From NCBI GenBank assembly GCA_963747725.1, contig CAVVGD010000002.1, positions 4,424-68,423 on the forward strand: a DNA stretch of 64,000 nucleotides. The letters run 5' to 3'. The translations under genes and the position numbers were made by a program. Shown in pieces: positions 19,050 to 29,776 of the stretch. Source of the DNA: an uncultured Pseudomonadota bacterium. GTDB lineage: Bacteria; Pseudomonadota; Alphaproteobacteria; Rhizobiales; Xanthobacteraceae. A model generated the notes under the pieces. It had not been told where the DNA came from. It worked only from the letters and a program-made list of their open reading frames with translations, and did no database searches. Each line of letters opens with the position of its first letter. Within the stretch, counting starts at the first letter, position 1.

Positions 19050-20336
19050 ATGCTAGGAAAACTTAAGCTTAGAACATTTGCTTGGGGGGCGGGGCTCGGT
19101 CTGGCGATGGCCGCGGGGGCTCTGTTTGTCGCGCAGCCTGCCGCCGCGCAGGACAAGAAGCCAATCAAGATCGGCTTCGCCATGTCGCTGACTGGCTTCC
19201 TGTCGGCGAACGGCAAGCAGGCGCTGCTCGCCTCGGAGATCTGGCGCGACCAGGTCAACAAGGCCGGCGGGTTGCTCGGCCGGCCCGTACAACTCGTCTA
19301 TTACGACGACAAGAGCTCGGGCGCGGAAATCCCCGGCATCTACACCAAGCTGCTGGACGTCGACAAAGTCGACCTCGTGCTCTCGGCTTACGCCACCAAC
19401 GACGTGGCGCCGGCGATGCCGGTTGTCATCCGCAAGAAGAAGCTGTTCATCAGCCTGTTTGCGCTCGACGTGAACGACAAGTTCCACTATCCGAAGTACT
19501 TCTCGATTCTGCCGACCGGCCCCAACACGAAGACGTCGTTCACCAAGGGCTTCTTCGATACCGCGGCGGCGCAGAATCCGAAGCCGAAGACGGTGGCGCT
19601 CTCCTACGCCGACGCCGACTTCTCGCAGAACGCTTGCGACGGCGCCCGCGCGAACGCCAAGAAGCACGGCTTCAAGATCGTCTACGACAAGAGCTATCCG
19701 CCGCCGCCGAAGACCACTGACTTTACGCCGATCGCCCGCGCGCTCAAGGCGGCGAACGCGGATCTGGTCGTGGTCTGCGCCTATCCGGCCAACTCGGTCG
19801 GCATGGTTCAGGCGGCCCACGAAGTCGGCCTGAAGCCGAAGATGTTCGGCGGTGCCATGGTCGGCCTGCAGGCGACGTTCTTCAAGAATAAGCTGAAGGC
19901 GATGCTCAACGGCATCGTCAACTACGAGACCTGGGTGCCGGACAAGAAGCAGATGTATCCGGGCACCGAGGCTTTCTTTAAGGAGTACCAGGCGCGCGCC
20001 AAATCGGCCGGTGCCGATCTGCTCGGCTACTATCTGGCCGGTTGGGGCTATGCCCGTATGGAGGTGCTCGAGCAGGCGATCAAGGGTGCCAAGAGCATCA
20101 ACGACGACAAGCTCGCCGCCTACATGAAGAAGGCGACCTTTAAGACCGTGATGGGCCCGATCAAGTTCGGCAAGAAGGGTGAGTGGGCGGAGAGCCGCAT
20201 GCTGACCGTCCAGTATCACGGCGTTACCGACAAGGCGAACCTGGAGACGTGGCGCGGCATGAGCTACCAGACCGTGCTGACGCCGAAGAACCTGAAGACC
20301 GGTAACGTGATCTACCCGTATTCGAAGGCGAAGTAA
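19050..20336 (+). CDS. Liv-like (HAAT family) ABC transporter substrate-binding protein, locus 1
   Basis: The ATG at 19050 follows GGGAGGA. Has a signal peptide and a type-I periplasmic binding protein sequence (IKIGFAMSLTGFLSANG). Confidence 0.85.
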   Translation: MLGKLKLRTFAWGAGLGLAMAAGALFVAQPAAAQDKKPIKIGFAMSLTGFLSANGKQALLASEIWRDQVNKAGGLLGRPVQLVYYDDKSSGAEIPGIYTKLLDVDKVDLVLSAYATNDVAPAMPVVIRKKKLFISLFALDVNDKFHYPKYFSILPTGPNTKTSFTKGFFDTAAAQNPKPKTVALSYADADFSQNACDGARANAKKHGFKIVYDKSYPPPPKTTDFTPIARALKAANADLVVVCAYPANSVGMVQAAHEVGLKPKMFGGAMVGLQATFFKNKLKAMLNGIVNYETWVPDKKQMYPGTEAFFKEYQARAKSAGADLLGYYLAGWGYARMEVLEQAIKGAKSINDDKLAAYMKKATFKTVMGPIKFGKKGEWAESRMLTVQYHGVTDKANLETWRGMSYQTVLTPKNLKTGNVIYPYSKAK

Positions 20337-20387
20337 GCCGTCGCGGGAATGGCCGGGCGCTTGAGCCCCGGCCGCAGAAGATAAGCG

Positions 20388-20425
20388 AACGGCGCCGCGG
20401 GCAACCGCGGCGCCGTTTGTATTTT
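20388..20425 (+). terminator. rho-independent terminator after the locus-1 binding protein gene
   Basis: 13-bp perfect stem AACGGCGCCGCGG / CCGCGGCGCCGTT with loop GCAA, followed by TGTATTTT. Confidence 0.75.
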
Positions 20426-20474
20426 GAGCGCAATGAAGAGGTGCGCGTCACCTCTTCCTGGCGGGAGGGGCGCG

Positions 20475-21221
20475 CTACGCCTCCAGCCCCATGTAAAACT
20501 GGCGGATGAGATCGTTGTTGTTGAGCTCCTCAGCGGAGCCGCCCTCGAAGGCAATCTTGCCGTGTACGATGACGTAGCCGCGATCGGCGATGCGGATGGC
20601 CTGGGTGAAGTTCTGCTCGGCCATCAACACCGTGAGCTGGTAATGGTCCTTGAGCTGCTTGATGGCGTCGATGGTGCGGCTGACCAGCACCGGCGCCAAA
20701 CCCACCGACGGCTCGTCGATCAGCAGGATGCGGGGGCTGAGCATCAGCGCGCGGGCGAGTGCCAGCATCTGCTGCTCGCCGCCGCTCATCGAGCCGGCGA
20801 GCTGGCTCTTGCGTTCGGCTAGCCGCGGAAACACCTCGAAGCAGAAATCGAGATTTTCGCGGATCTGGGCACGCGCCTTGCGCCGGCTGGCGCCCAGTAG
20901 CAGGTTCTCCTCTACGGTTTGGCGCGGGAACAGGCGCCGCCCCTCCGGCACCAGCGCGATGCCGAGGTCGACGATCTGCTCCGTGGTCTTGCCGACGAGG
21001 TCGTGTGTCTCGCCGTCGATCTCGGCGACGATCCTCCCCTCGCGCGGACGCACGATGCCCATCACACATTTCATCAGCGTGCTTTTGCCGTTGCCGTTGG
21101 TGCCGAGCAGCACCACGGTCTCGCCGGAGCCAACCTTCAGGTTGATGTTTTCCAGCACGCGCACGGCGCCGTAGGCGGCATCCACGTTCTCGATGACGAT
21201 GCTGTTGTTGCTAGGTGCCAA
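20475..21221 (-). CDS. Liv-like ABC transporter ATP-binding protein (LivF-like), locus 1
   Basis: Walker A GTNGNGKST, signature MSGGEQQM, Walker B LLIDEPS. Confidence 0.9.
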   Translation of the reverse strand: MAPSNNSIVIENVDAAYGAVRVLENINLKVGSGETVVLLGTNGNGKSTLMKCVMGIVRPREGRIVAEIDGETHDLVGKTTEQIVDLGIALVPEGRRLFPRQTVEENLLLGASRRKARAQIRENLDFCFEVFPRLAERKSQLAGSMSGGEQQMLALARALMLSPRILLIDEPSVGLAPVLVSRTIDAIKQLKDHYQLTVLMAEQNFTQAIRIADRGYVIVHGKIAFEGGSAEELNNNDLIRQFYMGLEA

Positions 21222-21951
21222 GATAGGCTCCCACGACTTCTGGATCCTCGATCACCGTCTCGGGCTTGCCGTCGGCGATCTTCTTGCCGGACACCAGCAC
21301 GGCGAGGCGCTGGGAGAAGCTCATTACCGCGCGCATAATGTGCTCGATCATAATGATCGTGATGCCGCGTCCATTAAGATTGATGAGCAGGGCCACGATG
21401 TCCTCTACCTCCGAATGCGACAGCCCGGCCATGGCCTCGTCGGCAATCAGCAGCTTGGGTTCAGTCGCCATGGCGCGGGCGAGTTCGAGCTTGCGCATCT
21501 CGACCTGCGTCAGGTCGTGTGGATTCTGCGCCGCCTTGTCGCCGAGCGCCACCAGGGTGAGCAGTTCCATGCAGCGGTCTTCTAATTCGCCATGCGACAT
21601 GTGGTACGCACCGTGGCGCGCATTGACCGTGTAGAGCAGCGGCACACGGATATTGTCGGCCACGCTCATGCTCATGAACGGACGCGGCAATTGGAAGCTG
21701 CGCGCCAGACCGCGGCGGGTACGCTCGTGCGCGATCAGTCCGTTCATGCCTTCGCCGGCGAAGGTCACAGTGCCTGATTCGTTGTGCAGGGTGCCGCAGA
21801 TGCAGTTGACCAACGTGCTCTTGCCCGAGCCGTTGGGGCCGATCAGCCCGAGACGCTCGCCCTCGGCGACGTCGAGGTTGACATCGTCTAGCGCGACAAA
21901 GCCGCCGAAACGCTTGCTCAACCGATCGACGCGCAGCAGCGGGACAATCAT
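21211..21951 (-). CDS. Liv-like ABC transporter ATP-binding protein (LivG-like), locus 1
   Basis: Walker A GPNGSGKST, Walker B LLIADEAMAGLS. Overlaps the downstream ATPase gene by 11 nt. Confidence 0.9.
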   Translation of the reverse strand: MIVPLLRVDRLSKRFGGFVALDDVNLDVAEGERLGLIGPNGSGKSTLVNCICGTLHNESGTVTFAGEGMNGLIAHERTRRGLARSFQLPRPFMSMSVADNIRVPLLYTVNARHGAYHMSHGELEDRCMELLTLVALGDKAAQNPHDLTQVEMRKLELARAMATEPKLLIADEAMAGLSHSEVEDIVALLINLNGRGITIIMIEHIMRAVMSFSQRLAVLVSGKKIADGKPETVIEDPEVVGAYLGT

Positions 21952-22970
21952 GTCTCAGCCCTCTTGGATTTGACGGGCTTCTTGCCAAACCAGTCCTGCC
22001 ACAAGCCGACGATGCCATTGGGGGCGACGATCACGAATCCGATCAGCAGCAGGCCGACGATCAGCAGGTTGACCACCGAGGAAATGGTGACGGTCGCGAG
22101 CTGTTGCAGCGTGCCGAGCAGAATAGCGCCGATCAAGGGGCCCGCCCAGCTCGTGGTGCCGCCGATCATCGGCATCGCGATCGAGTTCACCGCATAGGAC
22201 AGGTTGAACGCAGAGCCTGGCTCGACGTAGCCGATGTAGAAAGGAAACGGCGCGCCGGCCATGCCCATGAGCGCGCCGGACAGCACCGTAGCGATGAGCT
22301 TGAGCCGCAGCGTGGGCACGCCGCAGGCTTCCGCGGCCAGTTCGTCGTCGCGGATGGTGGCGAAGCCGTAGCCGAGGCGCGAGCGCTCGATTAGCCGCGC
22401 GCACGTCAGCGCCACGATGGCCAGCACAATCATCAACGCGAACAGGTAATTGATATAGGGACCGAAGACCGGAATTTCCGACGGCGGGATGACATATGCA
22501 CCGCGCGAGCCGCCGACGAATTTCCAGTTCACCACCAAAGTTTCCAGCACCACCGCCAACGCCAGGGTGGCGATGGCGAAGAACACGCCGCGCAGGCGCA
22601 GTGTCAGGTACCCGGTACCGAGACCGACGAGGCCGGCGCAGATGCCGGCGATCACAATCAGCGTCGGGACCGACAGCGGAAAGATCAGATGCATCAGGCC
22701 CTGCAGGGACTCCGGCACCACGTCATCGATCTGCTGGCCGAGGGTGTAGAGAAAGACGCTGGAATAGGCGCCGATGGCAAAGAAGCCGGCGGAGCCGAAA
22801 TTCACATAGCCGCAATAGCCGCCGAGGATGTTCCAGGCGGTCGCCAGCACAACGAATTGCAGCACCGTGTAGCCGGCATAGAACCAGTAGTCGTTGCCGT
22901 AACGGACGAACAGACCGTAGAGCGCGAGACCGATGACGGCCTGAACCAGAATGAAAAGGGGTGTTCGCAC
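21948..22970 (-). CDS. Liv-like ABC transporter permease (LivM-like), locus 1
   Basis: 340-aa polytopic ORF with a 4-nt overlap to livG-like. Confidence 0.85.
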   Translation of the reverse strand: MRTPLFILVQAVIGLALYGLFVRYGNDYWFYAGYTVLQFVVLATAWNILGGYCGYVNFGSAGFFAIGAYSSVFLYTLGQQIDDVVPESLQGLMHLIFPLSVPTLIVIAGICAGLVGLGTGYLTLRLRGVFFAIATLALAVVLETLVVNWKFVGGSRGAYVIPPSEIPVFGPYINYLFALMIVLAIVALTCARLIERSRLGYGFATIRDDELAAEACGVPTLRLKLIATVLSGALMGMAGAPFPFYIGYVEPGSAFNLSYAVNSIAMPMIGGTTSWAGPLIGAILLGTLQQLATVTISSVVNLLIVGLLLIGFVIVAPNGIVGLWQDWFGKKPVKSKRAET

Positions 22971-22973
22971 GGC

Positions 22974-23843
22974 CTATCGCCCCAAGATTCCGGAGGGCCG
23001 TATGGCCAGGGTGAGCAGCAGGATGCCGAACGACACCGCCGGCGCCCAGGAGGGGCCGTAGAAGGTCGAGGTCAGGCTTTCGAGCACGCCGAGCAGCAGC
23101 GCCGCGATGACGGTGCCCGGCAGGCTGCCCAATCCGCCGAGCACGCAGATGGCGAAGACGCGCCCGATATAGTCGCGGCCTACCGAGGGGATGACCGGCT
23201 GGATGATGATCAGGAAGGAGCCCGCGAGTGAGGCGGTAGCGATCGAGATGCCGAAGGCGATGCGTTTAATTCGGGTCGGATCGACGGCCATGAGCCGCAG
23301 CGCCTGCGGGTCCTGCGACACCGCCATAACCGCTCGGCCGATGAACGTGCGCGACAGGAAGATCTGGAGGGCGGCAAACATCGCGGCCGCGATCAGGAAG
23401 GGCACCAGCAGCCGCAGCGGAAGCTCCACATTGCCGAGGTTCAAGCTCGGGCCGATGTAGACCGCGTTGACCGAACGATAGTCGACACCGAACAACAGGA
23501 GCAGTACCACTTCGGTGACGAACAGCACGCCGAAGAAGAAGGCGAGGCCGCGCAGCGCTTCCTGTCCGCGTTTCTCGAACGCCAGGTAATAGACCTGATA
23601 GACAGCCGCGCCCAGCGCGTAGAATGCCGGCAAGACGATGATACTAGCGATAATCGGGTCGATGCCGAGCGTGACGTTGACGATATAGGCAATGTAGGAG
23701 CCGACCAGAATGAAGGCCGGATGTGCGATATTGACGATATCGAGCATGCCGAACGAGATCGAGATGCCGGCGGTAACGGCGGCGTAGAAACCGCCCAACA
23801 ATAGCCCGGCGATGATGGCATTGGTCAGGAGTGTGAAATCCAT
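22974..23843 (-). CDS. Liv-like ABC transporter permease (LivH-like), locus 1
   Basis: Starts at the internal Met (MDFTLLTNAIIAGLLLGGFYA) of the 324-aa ORF. Polytopic. Confidence 0.85.
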   Translation of the reverse strand: MDFTLLTNAIIAGLLLGGFYAAVTAGISISFGMLDIVNIAHPAFILVGSYIAYIVNVTLGIDPIIASIIVLPAFYALGAAVYQVYYLAFEKRGQEALRGLAFFFGVLFVTEVVLLLLFGVDYRSVNAVYIGPSLNLGNVELPLRLLVPFLIAAAMFAALQIFLSRTFIGRAVMAVSQDPQALRLMAVDPTRIKRIAFGISIATASLAGSFLIIIQPVIPSVGRDYIGRVFAICVLGGLGSLPGTVIAALLLGVLESLTSTFYGPSWAPAVSFGILLLTLAIRPSGILGR

Positions 23844-24111
23844 GCGGGCCTCAACCGGCGCACTGGCGGCAACGTGCGCGCCGCTTGGAGGTCGACGGGG
23901 CTGGGAGCCGAAAGTCGGCGCCGGCCACGCGCAATCGGGTACGGACATAGAGTTTGGTTAGAACGACCGACATTCCTCCCCCGAAGACTTGCTTATTTAT
24001 TCACACGGCCGAAAGGTCGCTCGCCGCGGCCGCAAACACAACTCCGCGCCGGACCAGGGAGGCCCGTCGTCAGAGAGTTGCACGTAGTTTGCAGGAAGGT
24101 TGCGCGCTTGG

Positions 24112-24187
24112 CTAGTGCCCCGCTTCCGAAGTTCGTAAATCATCGCAGCGCCCTCGTACGCGAACTTCGGAAGCAAAGGAGCACTAG
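24112..24187. repeat. CTAGTG-hairpin family copy (solo; AAA bulge on the 3' arm)
   Basis: CTAGTGCCCC-GCTTCCGAAGTTCG-loop-CGAACTTCGGAAGC-AAA-GGAGCACTAG. Confidence 0.85.
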
Positions 24188-24379
24188 CAAATCTACGATG
24201 CCAATGCCGCTTTCGATTTGACGTTCCGGAATGACTTGCGGCAAAGTGCTGCAGGAACGCCAAATCGGCGGCACTGGCCCGCTTATCGTTCCGGCGAGAG
24301 ATACCAACCGCGACATCATGAGCAGGCCCGCTGCCCGGTACACACCGGGCAGGTGGGCCGAATTTTCGGGTGGGACGGC

Positions 24380-24829
24380 TCAGGCCGCCGCGAGCTTCTG
24401 CACGTCGGCCGGCAGCGGCATCGGTTTGTTGGCGCTGTCTTTGAACTCGACAGTCATGAAGACCATTTCTTCGTCGCCGATGTTCTCCAGGTCGTGCACC
24501 TTATACTCGCCGGGACCATAGGTCTCGTGACGGGTCTCGCCGGGCTGATAGGTCGCTTCGAAGGTCGTGCCGTCGTGCACGTGCTGCCGGCCGCGCCCGC
24601 CGGTGACTGAGGTCCAGAAATAGTCGAGCACATGGCGGTGGAACCCGACCCGCTCGCCTGGGGCGAGGCGAATGATCCACACGCGTGTGCGTTCATTTTC
24701 GGACAGCAATGTCAAACCGACGCAAGGGTTGGGACACTTCGCTTCGCGTTCGAATTCGGCGGCGATCTCAGCCGGCCACGGTATCTGATCCTTTTTCTCG
24801 GTGCCTTTTTCGGCCATCGTCAGAGCCAT
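24380..24829 (-). CDS. cupin domain protein
   Basis: 149-aa ORF with a GERVGFHRHVLDYFW...YKVHDLENIG cupin-like two-motif pattern. Confidence 0.65.
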   Translation of the reverse strand: MALTMAEKGTEKKDQIPWPAEIAAEFEREAKCPNPCVGLTLLSENERTRVWIIRLAPGERVGFHRHVLDYFWTSVTGGRGRQHVHDGTTFEATYQPGETRHETYGPGEYKVHDLENIGDEEMVFMTVEFKDSANKPMPLPADVQKLAAA

Positions 24830-24893
24830 GGTAGTTCCTCCAATACAATTTCAGTGTCATATATAGCACAAAGGACCGCACGAAAAGATTGAG

Positions 24894-26123
24894 GTGCATC
24901 AATTGGCCGGGCCCCGGGGAGGACGTGCCGTCGTCATCGGCGGCTCGATGAGCGGCCTGCTGAGCGGGCTGCAATTGCGGCGGGCGGGATGGGACGTCGA
25001 CATCTACGAGCGGGTGGAAAGCGAATTGTCCGGCCGCGGTGCCGGCATTGTCGCGCAGTACGAGCTCATCGACCGCCTGCGCGGCCTGGGACTGCGGACC
25101 GACGATCTCGGTGTCGATATCACGTCTCGAAAAATCCTCGACCACGAGGGACGCGTTACCATCGAATACGATTGCCCGCAGGTGCTGACGGCCTGGGAGC
25201 GCGTTTACCGACTGCTACGCGACGCATTTCCGGCCGCGCATTATCACCGCGGGCGGGGGCTGACGACTTTCACACAGGATACGCGTGGGGTAAGTGCGCA
25301 TTTTTCCGATGGCGAAACGATTGAAGCGGACCTGCTGGTGGGTGCAGACGGAATCCGTTCGACGGTGCGACAACAATGCGCGCCGCAGGTCACGCCGCTT
25401 TATGCCGGCTACAGCGCCTGGCGGGCACTGATTGACGAAAGCGCGTGGCCGCGGGACGTGCACGACGCGTTGTTCGGGGTCATGGCCTTTGGTCTGCCGC
25501 CGGGCGAACAATTCCTCAGTTATCCGGTGGCGGGGCCGAATGACGATCTACGCCCCGGTCACCGCCGCACTAACGTGGTCTGGTACCGGCCGGCGGATGA
25601 GAACACCAAGCTGCCATGGCTGCTCACCGACGAGAGCGGGCACACTCACGCGATTTCAATTCCGCCGCCACTGATCCGCCGCGAAGCGATCGACGAGATG
25701 CGCGCCGATGCCGAACGGCTGCTGGCGCCGCAGTTCCGCCAGATCGTGCGGTTGATCGGCGAGCCGATCTTGCAGCCGATCTACGACCTGGAATCCGAAA
25801 ACATGGCCTTCGGTCATGTCGCCGTGCTGGGCGACGCGGCCTACGTCGCGCGCCCGCACGTGGCGGCCGGCGTGTCGAAGGCATCCGACGACGCCGCGGC
25901 GCTGGCTGAAGCCCTCACGGCAGAAGGCGACGTCGAGGCCGGCTTGAAGCGCTTCGAGGCGGCGCGGCTGAAGGAAAACCACAGCATCATCCAGCGCGCG
26001 CGCCACCTCGGCGCTTACCTGCAGGCGACCCGCAGCGCCGAGGAACAGGCTCGCGCCGGCAAGCACAGCACCGACGAAGCGGTGATCGCGGAGACGGCGG
26101 TGCTGGATTTTCTGTATGCGTGA
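24894..26123 (+). CDS. FAD-dependent aromatic-ring monooxygenase family protein
   Basis: GTG start. Dinucleotide-binding VVIGGSMSGLLSGLQL, plus GADGIRSTVR and LGDAAYVARPHVAAG motifs. Confidence 0.8.
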   Translation: MHQLAGPRGGRAVVIGGSMSGLLSGLQLRRAGWDVDIYERVESELSGRGAGIVAQYELIDRLRGLGLRTDDLGVDITSRKILDHEGRVTIEYDCPQVLTAWERVYRLLRDAFPAAHYHRGRGLTTFTQDTRGVSAHFSDGETIEADLLVGADGIRSTVRQQCAPQVTPLYAGYSAWRALIDESAWPRDVHDALFGVMAFGLPPGEQFLSYPVAGPNDDLRPGHRRTNVVWYRPADENTKLPWLLTDESGHTHAISIPPPLIRREAIDEMRADAERLLAPQFRQIVRLIGEPILQPIYDLESENMAFGHVAVLGDAAYVARPHVAAGVSKASDDAAALAEALTAEGDVEAGLKRFEAARLKENHSIIQRARHLGAYLQATRSAEEQARAGKHSTDEAVIAETAVLDFLYA

Positions 26124-26134
26124 GACTTTTCACC

Positions 26135-26154
26135 TCTCCCCGCGAGCGGGGAGA
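26135..26154. repeat. short GC hairpin of the CTCCCC-GCGAGC-GGGGAG repeat class
   Basis: TCTCCCCGCGAGCGGGGAGA between convergent genes. The same motif recurs at 55690-55713 and 58147-58251. Confidence 0.7.
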
Positions 26155-26160
26155 AGGACG

Positions 26161-27228
26161 CTAAAGCCCCAGCAACCTTTTCGCCGTGCCGCCGGCCAGC
26201 GCCGCGCGCGTGGAATCGTCGAAGCCGTCAACCGAGGCGATGTGACCGACGGGGTCGTGCTCCAGCATGTCGAAGGGATAGTCGGTGCCCATCATCACGT
26301 GTTCGACACCGAAGGTTTTCACCAGCGCTTCAAGTTGGTCGGGCGTGAACACAACGGTGTCGACGTAGACCTGCTTGAGATACTCGGTCGGCGGCTTGGG
26401 CAGGCCGGCGTGGCAGTCGGAGCGCGCGCCCCAGGCATGGTCGATGCGGCCGGAATAAGCGCCGAGATATCCGCCGCCGTGCATAGCGAAGAGCTTCAGC
26501 TTGGGATGGCGCTCCAGTACGCCGTCGAAGATCAGATAATGCAGCGCCAGCGTGGTCTCGAACGGGTTGCCGATGATGTTGTTGAAATAGAAGCGCGACA
26601 GCCGCTGGCCTTCGGTGAAGCCATTGGGATGGATGATGACCAGCGCGCCTAGTTCTTCCGCCTTCTTCCAGAACGGCGCGAAGGCGGAGTCGGACAGCTC
26701 CTTGCCGGCGACGTTGGTGAGGATTTCCACGCCCTTGAACTTGAGCGCCGTCATGCAGCGTTCGAGCTCTTTGGCCGCCTCGTTGCCGTCCTGCATCGGC
26801 ACCGTGCCGGTGGGGATGAAGCGGCCGGGATGCTTCGAGACCCATTCGGCGATGCCGTCGTTGATCATGCGCGCGGCCGGCACAGCGTGTTCTAGGGCGA
26901 CGGTGTGGTAGCACTGCGGTGGCGGCGGCATAACAAGCTGCATGTCGACGCCCATCGCGTCCATGTGCTTGAAGCGCTCGTCGTAGCTCGTCGTCATCAG
27001 CCCGCGGATATCTTCTTCCTGCTTGGTGTTGACCGCCTTGGTCTCTTCGCTGGAGAAATGGCCGAGCGGAATGGTGCTGAGATCGAGATAGGGCTTGATG
27101 TACTGAGCCGCCTCCGGCACGGCGACATGGCTGTGCATATCGATAGTGACGCTCTTCGGCCGCACCTCGCGTCCCGGCTTGCCGTGCTTGCGCGCCGCTG
27201 TGTTGTCATACTTGTTCCAGATCACCAT
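26161..27228 (-). CDS. amidohydrolase-2 family protein (ACMSD / LigW-like non-oxidative decarboxylase or hydratase)
   Basis: 355-aa ORF with the metal-binding IDMHSHV motif near the N-terminus and a TIM-barrel amidohydrolase_2-like sequence. Confidence 0.8.
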   Translation of the reverse strand: MVIWNKYDNTAARKHGKPGREVRPKSVTIDMHSHVAVPEAAQYIKPYLDLSTIPLGHFSSEETKAVNTKQEEDIRGLMTTSYDERFKHMDAMGVDMQLVMPPPPQCYHTVALEHAVPAARMINDGIAEWVSKHPGRFIPTGTVPMQDGNEAAKELERCMTALKFKGVEILTNVAGKELSDSAFAPFWKKAEELGALVIIHPNGFTEGQRLSRFYFNNIIGNPFETTLALHYLIFDGVLERHPKLKLFAMHGGGYLGAYSGRIDHAWGARSDCHAGLPKPPTEYLKQVYVDTVVFTPDQLEALVKTFGVEHVMMGTDYPFDMLEHDPVGHIASVDGFDDSTRAALAGGTAKRLLGL

Positions 27229-27251
27229 GTTGCGTGCCTCTATTGCTTGGC

Positions 27252-27335
27252 GTCGTGCCCGGCCTTGTGCCGAGCATCCACGCTTTTACTGCTTTCATCC
27301 AAGACGTAGACGGCCGGGTCAAGCTTGGCCATCAC
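27252..27335. repeat. REP-like palindromic element, GTCGTGCCCGGCC...GGCCATCAC class (degenerate)
   Basis: GTCGTGCCCGGCCTTGTGCCGAGCATCCACGC...GACGTAGACGGCCGGGTCAAGCTTGGCCATCAC. Confidence 0.75.
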
Positions 27336-27349
27336 TGCGTGGAAGTGGC

Positions 27350-28058
27350 TCAGAAAACCCCAAGATGCTGCCGTAGCGCGGCGTCGTCTGCTTTGAGCGC
27401 GGCGGGGGTGGTCACCTCCGCCACCCGGCCGGTGTTGAGCAGCACGATGTCGTCGGCAACGTCGAACACCAAGGTCGGATTCTGCTCGACCAGTACGATC
27501 GACAGCCCGCTCTCCTTCAGCTTGCGGATGGTCGCCATTACCTCGGCGACAATCTGCGGCGCCAGCCCTTCCGACGGCTCGTCCATCAGGAGCACACGCG
27601 GATTACCCATCAGTGCGCGGCCGATCGCCAACATCTGCTGCTCGCCACCGGACAGATGCGCGGCGATCTGACTCGTCCGCTCATCGAGCCGCGGAAACAT
27701 GGCGAACACTGTGTCGATGGTCCATGGTGCGTGCTTGCCGTCGGTGCGCTTGCGGGCGGCCACGATGAGGTTCTCGCGCACGGTGAGGCTCTTGAAGATG
27801 CGGCGCCCCTGCGGCACCAGCGCGACGCCTTGGGCGGCGATCTGCTCCGGCGGCAGGCCGCTCACCTTTGTGCCAAACACGCGAATCTCACCGCGACGCG
27901 GCGGCAAGAGGCCGACCGTGACATTCATGCAGGTCGACTTGCCTGCGCCGTTGCGGCCTAGCAGGCCGAGCATCTTCGCCTCTCCAAGCGCGAACGAGAC
28001 GTCCTGCAGCACGTGGCTGTCGCCGTAATAGGCGTCGATGTGCGAGAGCTCGAGCGCG

Positions 28059-28069
<11 letters not shown>
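27350..28069 (-). CDS. Liv-like ABC transporter ATP-binding protein (LivF-like), locus 2
   Basis: GRNGAGKST, LSGGEQQMLAIGRALM, LLMDEPS. Confidence 0.9.
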
Positions 28070-28792
<723 letters not shown>

Positions 28793-28796
<4 letters not shown>

Positions 28797-29776
28797 GATT
28801 GCGCTCCCGGGCGTTTCGGCGCCGGCTTGCCGGAGCCGCCGGTCTTGCGCCAGGCCAACCGCCACAGCCGGGCAGTGCCGGGCACCAGGCCCTCCGGCAT
28901 CAGAATGACGATGGCGACGAAGATGAAGCCGAGCAGCATGTTCCAGCGCTCGATGAAGCCCGAAACCACGCTCTTGACGATAACCACCAGCGCGGCGCCA
29001 ACAATGGGGCCGAGCAGGGTGCCGGCGCCGCCGGCGATCACCATCAGCAGCACCTCGGCCGAAGCGGTGAGGTCGATCGCTTGCGGGCTGATGAACTGAT
29101 TGTAGTAGACGAAGAGGATGGCCGAGATCGAGGTCAGCAGCCCGGAGAACATAGAGGCCCAGAAGCGGATCGCCCAGACGTGGTAGCCGAGCGCGTTCAT
29201 GCGGCGCGGCTGGTCGCGCGTGCCCATGAGCGCGGCGCCGAGTGGTGAGCGCACGAAGACTATCACTGCGGCGAAGGAGACGACGAACACGATCAGCGTC
29301 GTGTAATAGAAAGCGACCGGCGACATGAGCGAAATGCCGAACGGCGCGGGCCGACCGTGCAGGTTGATGCCGTTGTCGCCGCCGGTGATGCTGATCCAGC
29401 GGTAGGCGAGACCCCAGATGATCTCACCCAGGGCCAGCGTGATCATGATGAAGCCGATGCCGCTCGCGCGCAGCGACAGCACGGCATAGAGCGCCATCGA
29501 GGCGAGGCCGGCGACCAGCGCGGTGAGGATGGCGATGGGATGGCCGAAGCCGTGCTGTAGCATGTAGCCGACGGCGTAAGCGGTGATGCCAAGCAGGCCG
29601 GCGTGACCGAGCGAAACGAGACCGCCGTAGCCGGCGAGGATGTTCAGGCCGAGCGCGAAGATCGCATAGAACAGGATCTGGCTAGAGACGTTGAGGTAAT
29701 AGTCGCCCGGAATCCAATGGGGCAGCGCGACCAACGCCATGAAGGCGACGATGACCGCGATGCTTTGCCTGCTCAT
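28793..29776 (-). CDS. Liv-like ABC transporter permease (LivM-like), locus 2
   Basis: 327-aa polytopic ORF. Confidence 0.85.
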
